This document shows, piece by piece, positions 1 through 9,387 of a stretch of 64,000 nucleotides of DNA. Source of the stretch: Candidatus Latescibacterota bacterium (GTDB taxonomy: Bacteria > Latescibacterota > UBA2968 > GCA-2709665); contig OZ241917.1 of assembly GCA_965203805.1 (NCBI GenBank), positions 2,656,001 to 2,720,000 on the forward strand, given 5' to 3'. The notes below the pieces were generated by a model that had not been told where the DNA came from, did no database searches, and worked only from the letters and a program-made list of their open reading frames with translations. Each line of letters opens with the position of its first letter. Positions within the stretch are counted from its first letter, which is position 1. The position numbers and the translations under genes are program-made.

Positions 1-128
1 GGTTCATGTGTTCCCGTGGCGATGTAACCGGCCTCAGCCCTTTCTTCGGCGTGGAGAACAAGCCATTTCCACAGCGGAACCGCAAGGGCGACGATAAGGA
101 CGAATAAAATCGCAATTCCTTCGACCAT
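1..128 (-). CDS. Short NfeD-like membrane protein (5' part only; runs off window edge)
   Basis: Manual translation MVEGIAILFVLIVALAVPLWKWLVLHAEERAEAGYIATGTHE..., with GGAG RBS upstream. Matches the C-terminal segment of the adjacent NfeD (WKWLVLQEEERSDAGYIATGKHE). Not in the ORF track because it is truncated. Confidence 0.75.
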   Translation of the reverse strand, partial: MVEGIAILFVLIVALAVPLWKWLVLHAEERAEAGYIATGTHE

Positions 129-225
129 ACCACGTCTCCGGTCCAACTCCGGTCGAGGGAGCCGGATCTCCCAATTCCCGTCCGCTGCTAACCTTGATTC
201 GTCATTATTCGGGGACGTTAAAAGG

Positions 226-1569
226 CTAACCCGTCTCCTCGGATTTGCGGACGACAATCCGGTTGCCCTCAACCTCCACCACCGTGATCCGGCTGTCCCT
301 GTCGATGAACTCGCCGTCCGCCGCGACATTGACGCGCCGCCCGTCGATCAGACCCGTGCCCGAGGGGCGCAGCGGCGTAAAGGCCACCCCCTCTTTGCCA
401 AGTAGCGCTTCATGTTTTCCCGTGGCAATGTAACCCGCGTCGCTGCGTTCTTCTTCCTGAAGCACCAGCCACTTCCACGCGGACGTGCGCGGCAGCATTT
501 TCAACATCACACCGGCGATCAGAACCGTCGTCAAAAACGCCAGTAATAACGGCCGGGCGCCGATTCCGACGGACTCCCACGTCCACAGCTCGGGTCGTCC
601 CATCAGACTCAGGAAGAGACCTGCAATCATCAGAATGACGCCGGGAACGGCCAGCACTCCGAATCCGACGATGAAAAACAGGTCGGCGATCACCAGAATC
701 ACGCCGCCCAAAAAGAGAAGTACTTCCGTCCAGTCCGCCAGCTGCACCAACAGATGGCTGCCGAAAAACAGACCGAGGCAGATCAGGCCGATCGTGCCGC
801 CGACGCCCCAACCCGGGCTCTGGATCTCAAAGATCAGTCCCAGAAAGCCGAGTGACATCAGCAACGACGCCACAATCGGATGGGTGAGCCAGCGCACGAC
901 CTGCTCCGACCAGTTCACCGACTGGCGGGTTATCCGCGCCCCGTCCAGTTCGTAGTGCGCCAGTACCGCCTGGAGTTTATCGCCGTCGCCCGTTGCCGTA
1001 ATCATGGTTTCCGCGATCTTCGTCGCAACCGCCTCGGTCGAGGTGAGCGTCAGCAGCTTACCTTTCGGCGCGAGATCCGCTATATCCACGTCTTCGTCGA
1101 CCATCGCCTCCGCGAGTTTGGGAGGGCGGCCCGTCTTCTCGGCGGTCGCCTTCATCTCGTTGCGGAAATAGGAGATCACCTTTTCGCTGGCTTTTTTGCC
1201 CTGCATGTCCACGGCCGTGGCCGCGCCGATCGTCCCCCCTTCCACCATGACGATATGCCGGGTGGCCAGTGAAATCAGGGCGCCGGCAGAAATCGCGCGG
1301 GGGTTGATAAAGGCAATCGTCTTCACGTCGCTGTAAAGGATCGCGTCCCGGATGACAAGGGCCGCGTCCAGCGCGCCGCCGGGGGTGTCGATTTCGAAGA
1401 TCACCGCCGACACATCCTCTGCTTCGGCTTCTTCCATGACCCGCGAGATGAAGGCGGCCAATCCCCCTTCGATGGTACCCTCGATGGGCACGACGTAGAC
1501 CGAGCCTTCCGCCCGGCAAAGGGCCGGCAAAAGCAGGACGAGCGCCAGAGCCGGAAGATAAACGCGCAT
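226..1569 (-). CDS. nfeD: NfeD family membrane-bound serine protease (ClpP-like domain + TM helices + OB fold)
   Basis: Signal peptide; IDTPGG and AISAGALI motifs; TM bundle; C-terminal TPLRPSG...V.V.EVEG OB domain. Start set at MRVYL (GGAG RBS). Confidence 0.9.
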   Translation of the reverse strand: MRVYLPALALVLLLPALCRAEGSVYVVPIEGTIEGGLAAFISRVMEEAEAEDVSAVIFEIDTPGGALDAALVIRDAILYSDVKTIAFINPRAISAGALISLATRHIVMVEGGTIGAATAVDMQGKKASEKVISYFRNEMKATAEKTGRPPKLAEAMVDEDVDIADLAPKGKLLTLTSTEAVATKIAETMITATGDGDKLQAVLAHYELDGARITRQSVNWSEQVVRWLTHPIVASLLMSLGFLGLIFEIQSPGWGVGGTIGLICLGLFFGSHLLVQLADWTEVLLFLGGVILVIADLFFIVGFGVLAVPGVILMIAGLFLSLMGRPELWTWESVGIGARPLLLAFLTTVLIAGVMLKMLPRTSAWKWLVLQEEERSDAGYIATGKHEALLGKEGVAFTPLRPSGTGLIDGRRVNVAADGEFIDRDSRITVVEVEGNRIVVRKSEETG

Positions 1570-1621
1570 GTCGGAGAACTCCCACGGTTTTCGGGAATAA
1601 TGAGGCATTAACCCCGGTATG

Positions 1622-1650
1622 AGTGTACCGTATTCACCCGGGTTTGTCAA
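1622..1650 (-). promoter_or_regulatory. Sigma70-type promoter for nfeD
   Basis: TTGACA-17bp-TACACT on the minus strand. Confidence 0.6.
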
Positions 1651-1706
1651 TGGCTTTCAGGCCAACCGCGGAGGCGCCGGAACCGCGTTCGATGTCGCTT
1701 TCCGGC

Positions 1707-1735
1707 TTGACATCAATGCCGCATGCTTGTATTTT
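1707..1735 (+). promoter_or_regulatory. Sigma70-type promoter for tRNA
   Basis: TTGACA-17bp-TATTTT, 18 nt upstream of the tRNA. Confidence 0.6.
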
Positions 1736-1753
1736 TAACCCGAGAGTACCGGT

Positions 1754-1829
1754 GGCGGCGTAGCTCAGTTGGCAGAGCAGTGGAATCATAATCCATGGGT
1801 CGGGGGTTCAAGTCCCTCCGCCGCTACCA
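1754..1829 (+). tRNA. tRNA with CAT anticodon, most likely elongator tRNA-Met
   Basis: 76 nt; acceptor stem GGCGGCG/CGCCGCT; D arm AGCTCAGTTGGCAGAGC; anticodon arm GTGGA-ATCATAA-TCCAT; GTTCAAGTCC T loop; encoded CCA. Ile2 (lysidine) identity not formally excluded. Confidence 0.95.
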
Positions 1830-1845
1830 CATTGAAATGCCAGTG

Positions 1846-1887
1846 ATAGAAACGGCGTTTGCGTTGAGGCGCAAACGCCGTTTCTAT
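1846..1887. terminator. Bidirectional intrinsic terminator
   Basis: ATAGAAACGGCGTTTGCG-TTGAGG-CGCAAACGCCGTTTCTAT perfect stem between the convergent tRNA and C45 gene. Confidence 0.85.
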
Positions 1888-2945
1888 TTAGCGTTGACTT
1901 CGTGTTGTAAAAAGGGATGGGAGCAGGGATACCCCTCCGTTGCCCACATGGTCCGCTTGCCGGGACAAATGATGATCCCGCTGTCCGTATGCAGACCGGC
2001 CTGTCCGTGCTGGCAGATCCCAACGGGATCGTCGTGCGTCCGGTACATCCGCGTCAATCCCTCGAAGCTCCTCTCGACGCCTTTCTCCATCTCTCGCAGC
2101 AATGAGATTCGCGCGTGGCTGTTGTCCAGGTACGGCGACGCCGGATCGTCCTTTCCGACCAGCTCCTTTCCGAGACAATGGTTGGTCTCCCACACCGCGG
2201 CTTCGGGGCCGGACGGGCGCCTGACGGTCTGTCCGGCGACGTGTTTTTCCAGAATCGCCACGTCCCCGGTCGCGTCGCCCATCAGCACGCTCATCCCGTG
2301 CATCGGCACCTCGAACCGGGCGCACAGTGCTGCAGCATCCTCAACCGTGCGGCACTGATCCGCCAGCAGCGGCAGCAGGAACAGCACGGGAACGCCCCCC
2401 TGACGGCGTTCGCATCCGGTCAGCCCCGTCATGCCGAACCCGAACCCGGCCTCGTTGACCGCCGCGGACGTCCAGATGGTGCCGACAAAGTGCATCTGGA
2501 CCGACCGCAGTTTGCCCGCGGGCGCCGCGTGATGGACCGCGTTGGATCCCAATTCTCTCTTACCGAGGTCGTCGGACTTCCCCAGCCAAACGTCGCCGGA
2601 CCGGTCGGCAAATCCGAAGACGGTGCACGCGGGCGTTGCGGACTCCTCCAGGTCGAAGACAAGATTGAGCTCGAACACGTCTTCGAACGGCAGCCCGGCG
2701 CCCACTGCAATTCCCTCTATTTCCCGGACCATTTCGGGAAACAACCGCCCGATCCGTTCCGTCCACAGTTCCACCTTCCGCTTCCGCGCATCCGGCTCAA
2801 GCCCCGGGCGCCAGCCGCCTTCCCCGTCGGCAAAGTCCTCCCTGTACCGATCGATCAGTCCCGCGATGCGATCCGACGCGGCGCGGCCGTGGGCGATCCC
2901 CCTCGCGTGGGAGTCGCCTTCGGTCCGGAGATAGAACATAATCAC
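1884..2945 (-). CDS. Peptidase C45 family (Ntn-hydrolase, acyl-CoA:6-APA acyltransferase-like)
   Basis: RGIAHG N-terminus; EIEGIA.GAG; autoproteolytic ACT site; VNEAG and TNH motifs. Confidence 0.8.
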   Translation of the reverse strand: MIMFYLRTEGDSHARGIAHGRAASDRIAGLIDRYREDFADGEGGWRPGLEPDARKRKVELWTERIGRLFPEMVREIEGIAVGAGLPFEDVFELNLVFDLEESATPACTVFGFADRSGDVWLGKSDDLGKRELGSNAVHHAAPAGKLRSVQMHFVGTIWTSAAVNEAGFGFGMTGLTGCERRQGGVPVLFLLPLLADQCRTVEDAAALCARFEVPMHGMSVLMGDATGDVAILEKHVAGQTVRRPSGPEAAVWETNHCLGKELVGKDDPASPYLDNSHARISLLREMEKGVERSFEGLTRMYRTHDDPVGICQHGQAGLHTDSGIIICPGKRTMWATEGYPCSHPFLQHEVNAK

Positions 2946-2987
2946 CCCGTTACCTGTACAAATATACCTGCAACCGACGGGTATCTC

Positions 2988-3860
2988 TTATTTCCCCATC
3001 GCCCGCGCCATCGCGCGAACGTGTTCCGGACCGGCGCCGCAGCAGGATCCCAGGTAGCGGATATCCGCCGCCGCCGCGTCCCTCGCGAACCGGGCGAACT
3101 GCGCCGCCGTGGCAGCGGGACCCTTCCACCACGAATGCCAGGCCGATGGCTGACAACAGACAGGCACGTCCACCGCCCGCCGCATCTGAGCCGCAAAACC
3201 GAGCATCGACGATGGCGGGCAGATGCAATTCAATCCCACCACGTCGGCGCCGGCATCCGCCAGTTGCCTGGCGCATTCCGCCGGCGAAAACCCGTCGAAC
3301 GTCTCCGCGTTTCCCCTTCCCTCCATGCTCACCGTAACCACCAGCGGGAGACCCGATCCTCTGGCCAGATCCAGCGCCAGGAGCGCCTCGTCCAGCCACG
3401 AGAACGTCTCCAGGATCAGGAAATCGACGCCACCGTCGCAGATCCAGGGAAGCTGCTCGTCCAGCCACGCGCGCGTCCGGTCCCGCTTCGCGGCATCGGA
3501 GGGATCGTAATCCATCAGTGAAATAGTCGGGCTGTTCAGATTGCCCGCGACCAGCGCCTCGTCGCCCGCCACTTCCCTGGCGATCCGGCAGGCCGTGGCA
3601 TTGATTTCCTTCGCGCGGTCCCCGAAACCCGCCGGCTTCAGCATGTTTGACGTGCCGAAAAACGTGAGCGTCTGCAGGACGTCGGCCCCGGCGTCCTTGA
3701 ACTCCTGGGTCAACCTGCGCACCTCCTCGGGGTGGGTCGCCACCACCTGCGGCGTCATGGCGCCCATGCGCACAAACCCCCGGAGGCGCAGCCCCATCAG
3801 GTAGCCGCCGTCCCCCAGCACGAATCCCTTTTCCAGCCGCTGCATCAGCCCTTCAGCCAT
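2988..3860 (-). CDS. Homocysteine S-methyltransferase family protein
   Basis: GDGGY; EF..AGADV.QT.TF; ILETF; Zn ligands GLNC and GSCCG. Start set at MAEGL. Confidence 0.85.
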   Translation of the reverse strand: MAEGLMQRLEKGFVLGDGGYLMGLRLRGFVRMGAMTPQVVATHPEEVRRLTQEFKDAGADVLQTLTFFGTSNMLKPAGFGDRAKEINATACRIAREVAGDEALVAGNLNSPTISLMDYDPSDAAKRDRTRAWLDEQLPWICDGGVDFLILETFSWLDEALLALDLARGSGLPLVVTVSMEGRGNAETFDGFSPAECARQLADAGADVVGLNCICPPSSMLGFAAQMRRAVDVPVCCQPSAWHSWWKGPAATAAQFARFARDAAAADIRYLGSCCGAGPEHVRAMARAMGK

Positions 3861-4032
3861 TGGCCGGGACACCTTTCGGAAATCACAAATTAGAACAATT
3901 GTCGGGTTTATCGAAGCCGGTAGAGGGTAGACGTTAGACGGGAGAGATTGCCTGCCCCGTGCGGTTTCATCCTGTGCCGGAGGCAAAAAGGTTGAACCAA
4001 TCGTGCGAGGATATCATCTACCGTCTTGCGTC

Positions 4033-5325
4033 TCACGTCTCACCAGGGGCCGGGCTGGATGGGTGCCGGTCCCGGGCTTCCTTTAACAGTGCGATAGCGC
4101 CTTCGCATATCCGGCCCTCGGATTCCATCTCCAGCGGCGCGAACAACACCTCGTCGCCGCCCTCCACGCGTGCGTGCGCCGTGGGCAGGTATCCGACCTC
4201 CGGGCACGGGTTGCACAACAGCAGAACCCTCTCGAATGCGGCGGCCTCCCGGATGGCGAACGCGGTCTCCACGAAGGGTTCGCCGGGAATGTGGATCAAC
4301 GCGCTGTTGCCGAAGACAATCGCATGAAAATCAAACGGACAGGACAGCCGGTCCCGGTAGGTCCGCGCCTGCCAGTATTCGTATCGCGCGAGCCCCTCAG
4401 AGGCGGCGGGGTTCGCCTCCCATTCCTTCCGCGCGGCTTCGACGTCCGCCACGGGCTGCCGTTCAATCTCGACTGTGCGCCTGAAGAGGCCCAGGTCCAC
4501 ATGGGTTCGCGGGGAGAGTCCGTCGTATATCTCCAGCGCCGTTCGGGCCAGCGACCTGCCGATACGTCCGCACGGGTCGTCCGTTTCCCGCACGGGATGG
4601 ACGTTGCCCAGCGCGCCCTGGATGAAGAGGCCGTCGATTCCTCTCTCGTCGAATCCGCCCACCACCACACCGGGGTAATCCGCCGAGACGTTGCCTCGGA
4701 AATCCCACAGGGCGAGCGCGTGACAACCGAAATTCGCGAGCGCGATCGACCGCCTGCCGTCCCGGTCGAACCGTACAACGCCTACCTGGGGATCCACCGC
4801 GTCATAGATCAGGTCGTCCGGCGGCCTGGCAAACTCCGTCAGTGAGACCATCCGCAGATTGCCCTGCTCATCATGCGCGCGGCGGTTGTACTGCAGGCCC
4901 TGCTCCGCGGCGCCTGTGCCGACCCCCACGCGGGCAGGCGCAGCGTCGTCCCGCGCCGTTCGGACGGCCTCCGCCGCCGCCCGGGCGTAACGCGCCTCGT
5001 TCCCGAATTCTTTCAATGCCTCCGTGGGCTGATTCACGTAAAACTGGAATAGTGTCGGCCCCGTACCCATATGGCTGGCGCCGGGGAGGATCCAGGCGGG
5101 ATCCACGTCGGTTTCCGCCAGGTCGGCCGCCATCATGTCGAAGCAGGTGTCATCGAACAGGAACAAATCCGCCGCCAGAAACGTGACCTGCCGGTCGCCC
5201 TGCCGGACGTGAAGCGCCCGGAAAAAGATGGGATCGTAGATTTCGAATGACTCGTGGGCGGGAGGCGTAATATCCACCTTGCCGAATCCCGCCAGCAACT
5301 GCCCGTCCGGGTTCGAATCGCTCAT
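4033..5325 (-). CDS. Neutral/alkaline ceramidase-like amidohydrolase
   Basis: AGFGKVDITPP; ASHMGTGP; YNRR; NFGCHA; VSADYPG; QGALGNV; PGEPFVE; GYLPT. Confidence 0.75.
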   Translation of the reverse strand: MSDSNPDGQLLAGFGKVDITPPAHESFEIYDPIFFRALHVRQGDRQVTFLAADLFLFDDTCFDMMAADLAETDVDPAWILPGASHMGTGPTLFQFYVNQPTEALKEFGNEARYARAAAEAVRTARDDAAPARVGVGTGAAEQGLQYNRRAHDEQGNLRMVSLTEFARPPDDLIYDAVDPQVGVVRFDRDGRRSIALANFGCHALALWDFRGNVSADYPGVVVGGFDERGIDGLFIQGALGNVHPVRETDDPCGRIGRSLARTALEIYDGLSPRTHVDLGLFRRTVEIERQPVADVEAARKEWEANPAASEGLARYEYWQARTYRDRLSCPFDFHAIVFGNSALIHIPGEPFVETAFAIREAAAFERVLLLCNPCPEVGYLPTAHARVEGGDEVLFAPLEMESEGRICEGAIALLKEARDRHPSSPAPGET

Positions 5326-5419
5326 CGATGATTTCCTCTTCGCTGAACCGTCCGTTTCCGTAACCCCTTTTTTGCGGCCGTTCTCCGGATACCGGGTGGC
5401 GGGCCGCTGCCCGCGTCTC

Positions 5420-5448
5420 ATCATAACACCGGCGCCATTTGCTGTCAA
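5420..5448 (-). promoter_or_regulatory. Sigma70-type promoter for the ceramidase-like gene
   Basis: TTGACA-17bp-TATGAT on the minus strand. Confidence 0.6.
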
Positions 5449-5512
5449 GCCGGGATCGGGCGGGGTGGAGCGGTCGCGTCACGGTCCATGGAACGCAGAT
5501 GACGCAAGCGGC

Positions 5513-5541
5513 TTGACAACGCTTTGTCAACTGGTTATCAT
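5513..5541 (+). promoter_or_regulatory. Sigma70-type promoter with overlapping palindrome
   Basis: TTGACA-17bp-TATCAT; the -35 is part of the palindrome TTGACAA-cgct-TTGTCAA (5513-5530). Confidence 0.6.
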
Positions 5542-5622
5542 GGACGTGATAGACAGGCCCCGTTGGCGAGGTCTTTCATCTCTCGCGTCGGCGATCGGTC
5601 TCAACGAAACGAAGAAGTCCGA

Positions 5623-5937
5623 ATGCAGCCTGGAGTCCCGATCATGGCCGAAACGCCCGAATCTCAAGCCGCATCGGCACCGGACAATACACACTGGGGG
5701 GTCGCCTATCTGCGCGAAGACCTGCATGACCTGCGCCAGCAGATGCGCGACGACGTCAAAGACCTTCGCCAGCAGATCGCCGAGACCAATAAGCGAATTG
5801 ACGAGACAGATCGGCCCATTGACGAATCCAACAAGCGTACCGGCGAGACGAAGAAACTCATTGACTCCAGTTTCGCCGCGCTGATTACGACGATGGTGGC
5901 ACTGACGGGCATTCTCATTGCCGTGATCAAGCTCTGA
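5623..5937 (+). CDS. Small coiled-coil protein with C-terminal membrane anchor (Bdr/DUF1640-like)
   Basis: LREDLHDLRQQ/MRDDVKDLRQQ and ETNKRID-type repeats followed by a hydrophobic C-terminal helix. Start could be 5644. Confidence 0.7.
   Translation: MQPGVPIMAETPESQAASAPDNTHWGVAYLREDLHDLRQQMRDDVKDLRQQIAETNKRIDETDRPIDESNKRTGETKKLIDSSFAALITTMVALTGILIAVIKL
5782..5865 (+). repeat. Four degenerate 21-bp tandem repeats encoding heptads
   Basis: gagaccaataagcgaattgac / gagacagatcggcccattgac / gaatccaacaagcgtaccggc / gagacgaagaaactcattgac. Confidence 0.7.
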
Positions 5938-6081
5938 AAAATACCCATTCTCGGCTATTTTTACGTTCTGCGTACTGTTTTTCTCCTGTATATGGCGTTG
6001 CCTGGGTAACTGATTAACGGGTCAGGTCGAATCCGGATCGATCTGATCAACTCCTGCACATCCGATGGACTCGATTTCAAG

Positions 6082-6120
6082 ACGGGACAACACACTACAT
6101 GAGTGCATTGTCCCGTTTTT
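6082..6120 (+). terminator. Probable intrinsic terminator
   Basis: ACGGGACAA...TTGTCCCGT stem followed by a T run. Confidence 0.55.
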
Positions 6121-6246
6121 GGTGTCCGGCGCGTATATTTGACATACGCATCGTGGACCGGAAACGCGTCGTTCCGATTCGCCGGAGATTGGCCGGCGCC
6201 GCGTTGTGGCATGAATTGGTCTGCGAAGCGGAAAGGCAGATTTAAG

Positions 6247-9200
6247 ATGTTTGAACTCCTGGCCGCCACCCTTTCGCCGGACGTTCTGACGGGCGTCGTT
6301 TTCTTCTTCGTCATTGCGGTGTTTCCCCGGCCCGCACCTGCGTCGGGCGAACGCACGTATTATACGGACGCCCGGATGGACGTGGTCCGGCACAACCTGG
6401 AGCATTATGATTGGGCGCAGGAGCATCGCTCTGGGATCTTAGAGAAAGCGGAGCATTGGGCCGGCTACGACGACGCGAAGCTGCGCACGCTCGTGTCGCC
6501 GCCCCAGGTACCGCGGGGATACCAGGTTCACAACGACGGGTGCCCGGTACACGGGGTCAAAGTCCATGAGCAGGGGCTGTACAGGTGGATTATCGACTTC
6601 GACCGCCCGTATAAAGTGACGTGTCCCGTGGGTGGAGAAACCTATCCCTCGAACGACTTCGAGGCGTTTCTGGCCACGGACATGAAAGACAGGTCGCTGC
6701 TGACCGGTCCGTACGCCGACGACGGATGGGGGTGGCATCGTCCCGGAGACCCGGTTCCGGCGAACTACTGGTTCGTCGCCTATTACGCACACTGGAGCAT
6801 GATGCGCTTCCTGATGGAGGCGATTGAAGTCCTGGGCCAGGCGACCGTACTTGCGGACGATGGCGACGGTGCGAAACGGTACGCGCACAAATGTGCGCTG
6901 CTGCTGTGGCAGCTTGCGGAATACTATCCGGACTACAAATACGAAATCCAGTCCAGGGAGTCGAAGGAGCACAATCCCGAGTACACGGGAAAGTTGTTCA
7001 ATAGGATCTGGGCAACGCGCCCCCCGCACACCTGCGCGATCGCGTACGACGCGGTGCGCCCCTATCTGGACGCCGACGTCGAGCTCCACCGTTTGGCAGA
7101 CAAGACAGGTCCCGAGATCGACGCGACAATGCGCGAACGTCTGCTCCTGGAAGCGGCCAGGTGCATTATGGACGCGCCCGGCGGGCGTATCAGGGGCAAC
7201 TACGGAATGCATCAGAAGGCGCTGTTGACGCTTTCCCAGGTACTTGCGACCTCCAGCGGTCGTCCGCGCAGCGAAGAGATGGTCCGCTACGTTCTGGCGA
7301 ACCCGAGTCCCTTCATGGATACCGATATGGGATTGCGGGACGCGCTTGAGAACCTGGTGTACCGCGACGGAATGCCGCATGAGTCGCTCTCATACAATCG
7401 AATCTGGGTGCACGACTTGACGGAACTGGCTGCGCAGATGGTGGATTCGGGTGTGAACCTGTTCGAACATCCGCGGTACAGGAAACTGGTGACCTGGACG
7501 TTCGACGTTTGCATCGCGGGGAAGTTCACCCCGTCCACCGGAGATTCCGGGGACATGTTCGCATACGGCGGCGCATGGGAGCCGGCCGTCTGCCAGCTCG
7601 CGCTTCCGTACGTGAACGACGCCCGCCTGGCGTGGGTCCTGAAGACGCAGCCGGGCGTCCGGCAGGACCTGTTCAGCAAACCGGTAGAGGCGCAGCATTC
7701 GGTAATTCAGGAAGGCGAAGGACCGGAGATCGGTCTGCGGTCGTTGCATTTTCCGGCGTACGGCATGGCCAATCTGCAATGCGGCGACGAAACGAACCGG
7801 TCGGCCGTTTCGTTCTTTTACGGAGACCACCAGGCGCACCGGCATTTCGACCAGCTGAACATCCTGCTGTTCTCTCACGACAACGCGCTGCTGACCGATA
7901 TCGGGTACCCGGAACAGACGGACGCCTTCAATCACCGGCTCGCCGGTTTTTTCACCAATACCGTGGCGCACAATACGGTCGTGGTGGATGAAATGAGGCA
8001 GGGACGCGGCCCCGGACGCCTGCACGGGCTGATTGCGGAGGGTTTCGCGCAGGTCGTGGACGCGTCCTGCGAGGGGACCTATGACGGAAGGGTCGACGTC
8101 TACCGCCGTGCGAACATGCTTGTTGACGCGGCGCCCGGGCAGCACTACCTGTTCGACGTGTTCCATGTAAAAGGGGGCAGGCAGCACGACTACATGCTTC
8201 ACGGCAACCAGGCCGAGTTCGACTGCCTGCCGGCGCTTGGGCCGGTCAGGGAACGGGGCACGCTGGCCGGTGAGGACGTGCCCTACGAACAGTTTTACGA
8301 CGATCCCGAGTTGAGAGACAAGCGGTTGTCCAGCGTGCCGTACAGGGGTTACCGCGGCAGCGGCTACCAGTTTCTGTACAACGTTCAGGAAGGACGATTG
8401 AACGGGGAGGCAACCGCCGAATGGCGCCTGACGGAACCCCTCGAAGGCCAGCCGGAACGCCCATGGCGGGGGATTGGACTTCGAGCCCATCTCATGGGAA
8501 GAGACGAGGCGTTGTTCGCATACGACGGACCGGTACAGAAATACGAGTACCTGCCCGAAAGCGTCAAGTTTCTTGTGCGCAGGCGAGCCGGCGCCGATCT
8601 CTCCAGCATGTTCGCCACGGTGTTCGAACCCTACAGGGACAGGACATGGATCCGGCGTGCGACACGGTTGCAGTTGACCGCGGAGGACTTCGGGGCGGCC
8701 GCGGTCCGCGTGGACCTGGAAGACGGGAGCATTCATTATCTGTTTCATGCCCTCGACGCAGACCGGGAATATTCGACGGAGAACGGGATCAGCGTTTCGG
8801 GACAGGCGGCATTTCTCGCGCTCGATGAAGAGGGACGCCCGGTCCGGGCGATGTTGTTCAACGGCAGGACGTTGTCAACGGGCGGATTCAGACTGGACGG
8901 AACGGGGACGCGCCGGAGCACAATCGCCTCCGTGGATTACACGCGGGGCACAATCGAACTCAACGAACCCGTGATCGGCGACGACCTCGCTGCGGGGCAG
9001 GCCGTACCGGTCGTCTCGGACGGGTATTCCGACTGCGTGACGCTGACGAGAGCGATGGATCGACGGCGGTTTTCCATCGGCGACGAAGACGTACGGGTCG
9101 CGGGCGGACCCGTGTCGGGCGTGCAGGCGGACCGCCTTTTCTCCAGCGCGTCCAATCCGCATGCGCACGAGGGGATGACCCTGCTGAACAGCGCGGGGGA

Positions 9201-9387
9201 ACCGCAGGGCAGGTTGGCCGCAAGAGTGGACGGCGGCTGGCGGATTGATCGCGAGGGCCGAGGACCGATGACATTGGAACACTTCCCCGTGGCCGACGGC
9301 GATCCCGGACCCCGGTATACGGTTGCGATGGTGGGCGCGGGCGATCGGCTGGAGATTCCGAACCTGGTCATTTTCCCGGATGGATGA
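6247..9387 (+). CDS. Heparinase II/III-family (polysaccharide lyase-like) large protein
   Basis: N-terminal hydrophobic stretch; alpha-helical toroid with DG..HES.SY; H.H.DQLNI; DIGYP; TVAHNTVVVD; DVFHVKGG..HDY.LHG. Start uncertain (6247 chosen). Confidence 0.75.
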   Translation: MFELLAATLSPDVLTGVVFFFVIAVFPRPAPASGERTYYTDARMDVVRHNLEHYDWAQEHRSGILEKAEHWAGYDDAKLRTLVSPPQVPRGYQVHNDGCPVHGVKVHEQGLYRWIIDFDRPYKVTCPVGGETYPSNDFEAFLATDMKDRSLLTGPYADDGWGWHRPGDPVPANYWFVAYYAHWSMMRFLMEAIEVLGQATVLADDGDGAKRYAHKCALLLWQLAEYYPDYKYEIQSRESKEHNPEYTGKLFNRIWATRPPHTCAIAYDAVRPYLDADVELHRLADKTGPEIDATMRERLLLEAARCIMDAPGGRIRGNYGMHQKALLTLSQVLATSSGRPRSEEMVRYVLANPSPFMDTDMGLRDALENLVYRDGMPHESLSYNRIWVHDLTELAAQMVDSGVNLFEHPRYRKLVTWTFDVCIAGKFTPSTGDSGDMFAYGGAWEPAVCQLALPYVNDARLAWVLKTQPGVRQDLFSKPVEAQHSVIQEGEGPEIGLRSLHFPAYGMANLQCGDETNRSAVSFFYGDHQAHRHFDQLNILLFSHDNALLTDIGYPEQTDAFNHRLAGFFTNTVAHNTVVVDEMRQGRGPGRLHGLIAEGFAQVVDASCEGTYDGRVDVYRRANMLVDAAPGQHYLFDVFHVKGGRQHDYMLHGNQAEFDCLPALGPVRERGTLAGEDVPYEQFYDDPELRDKRLSSVPYRGYRGSGYQFLYNVQEGRLNGEATAEWRLTEPLEGQPERPWRGIGLRAHLMGRDEALFAYDGPVQKYEYLPESVKFLVRRRAGADLSSMFATVFEPYRDRTWIRRATRLQLTAEDFGAAAVRVDLEDGSIHYLFHALDADREYSTENGISVSGQAAFLALDEEGRPVRAMLFNGRTLSTGGFRLDGTGTRRSTIASVDYTRGTIELNEPVIGDDLAAGQAVPVVSDGYSDCVTLTRAMDRRRFSIGDEDVRVAGGPVSGVQADRLFSSASNPHAHEGMTLLNSAGEPQGRLAARVDGGWRIDREGRGPMTLEHFPVADGDPGPRYTVAMVGAGDRLEIPNLVIFPDG

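Noticed and set aside
1754-1829. tRNA-Met as an integration site for an island
   Set aside because: No integrase nearby, and I found no duplicate of the tRNA 3' end in the window.
2115-3521. Long antisense or alternate-frame ORFs (also 7390-8748, 10229-11905, 12134-13588, 42923-44443 and others)
   Set aside because: Shadow ORFs expected in high-GC DNA; they overlap well-supported genes and lack motifs.
3861-4032. SAM or cobalamin riboswitch upstream of the homocysteine methyltransferase
   Set aside because: No recognisable conserved riboswitch core motifs by eye.
5782-5865. CRISPR-like array
   Set aside because: Repeats are contiguous, in-frame, degenerate and lack spacers; they encode coiled-coil heptads. 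No cas genes in the window.
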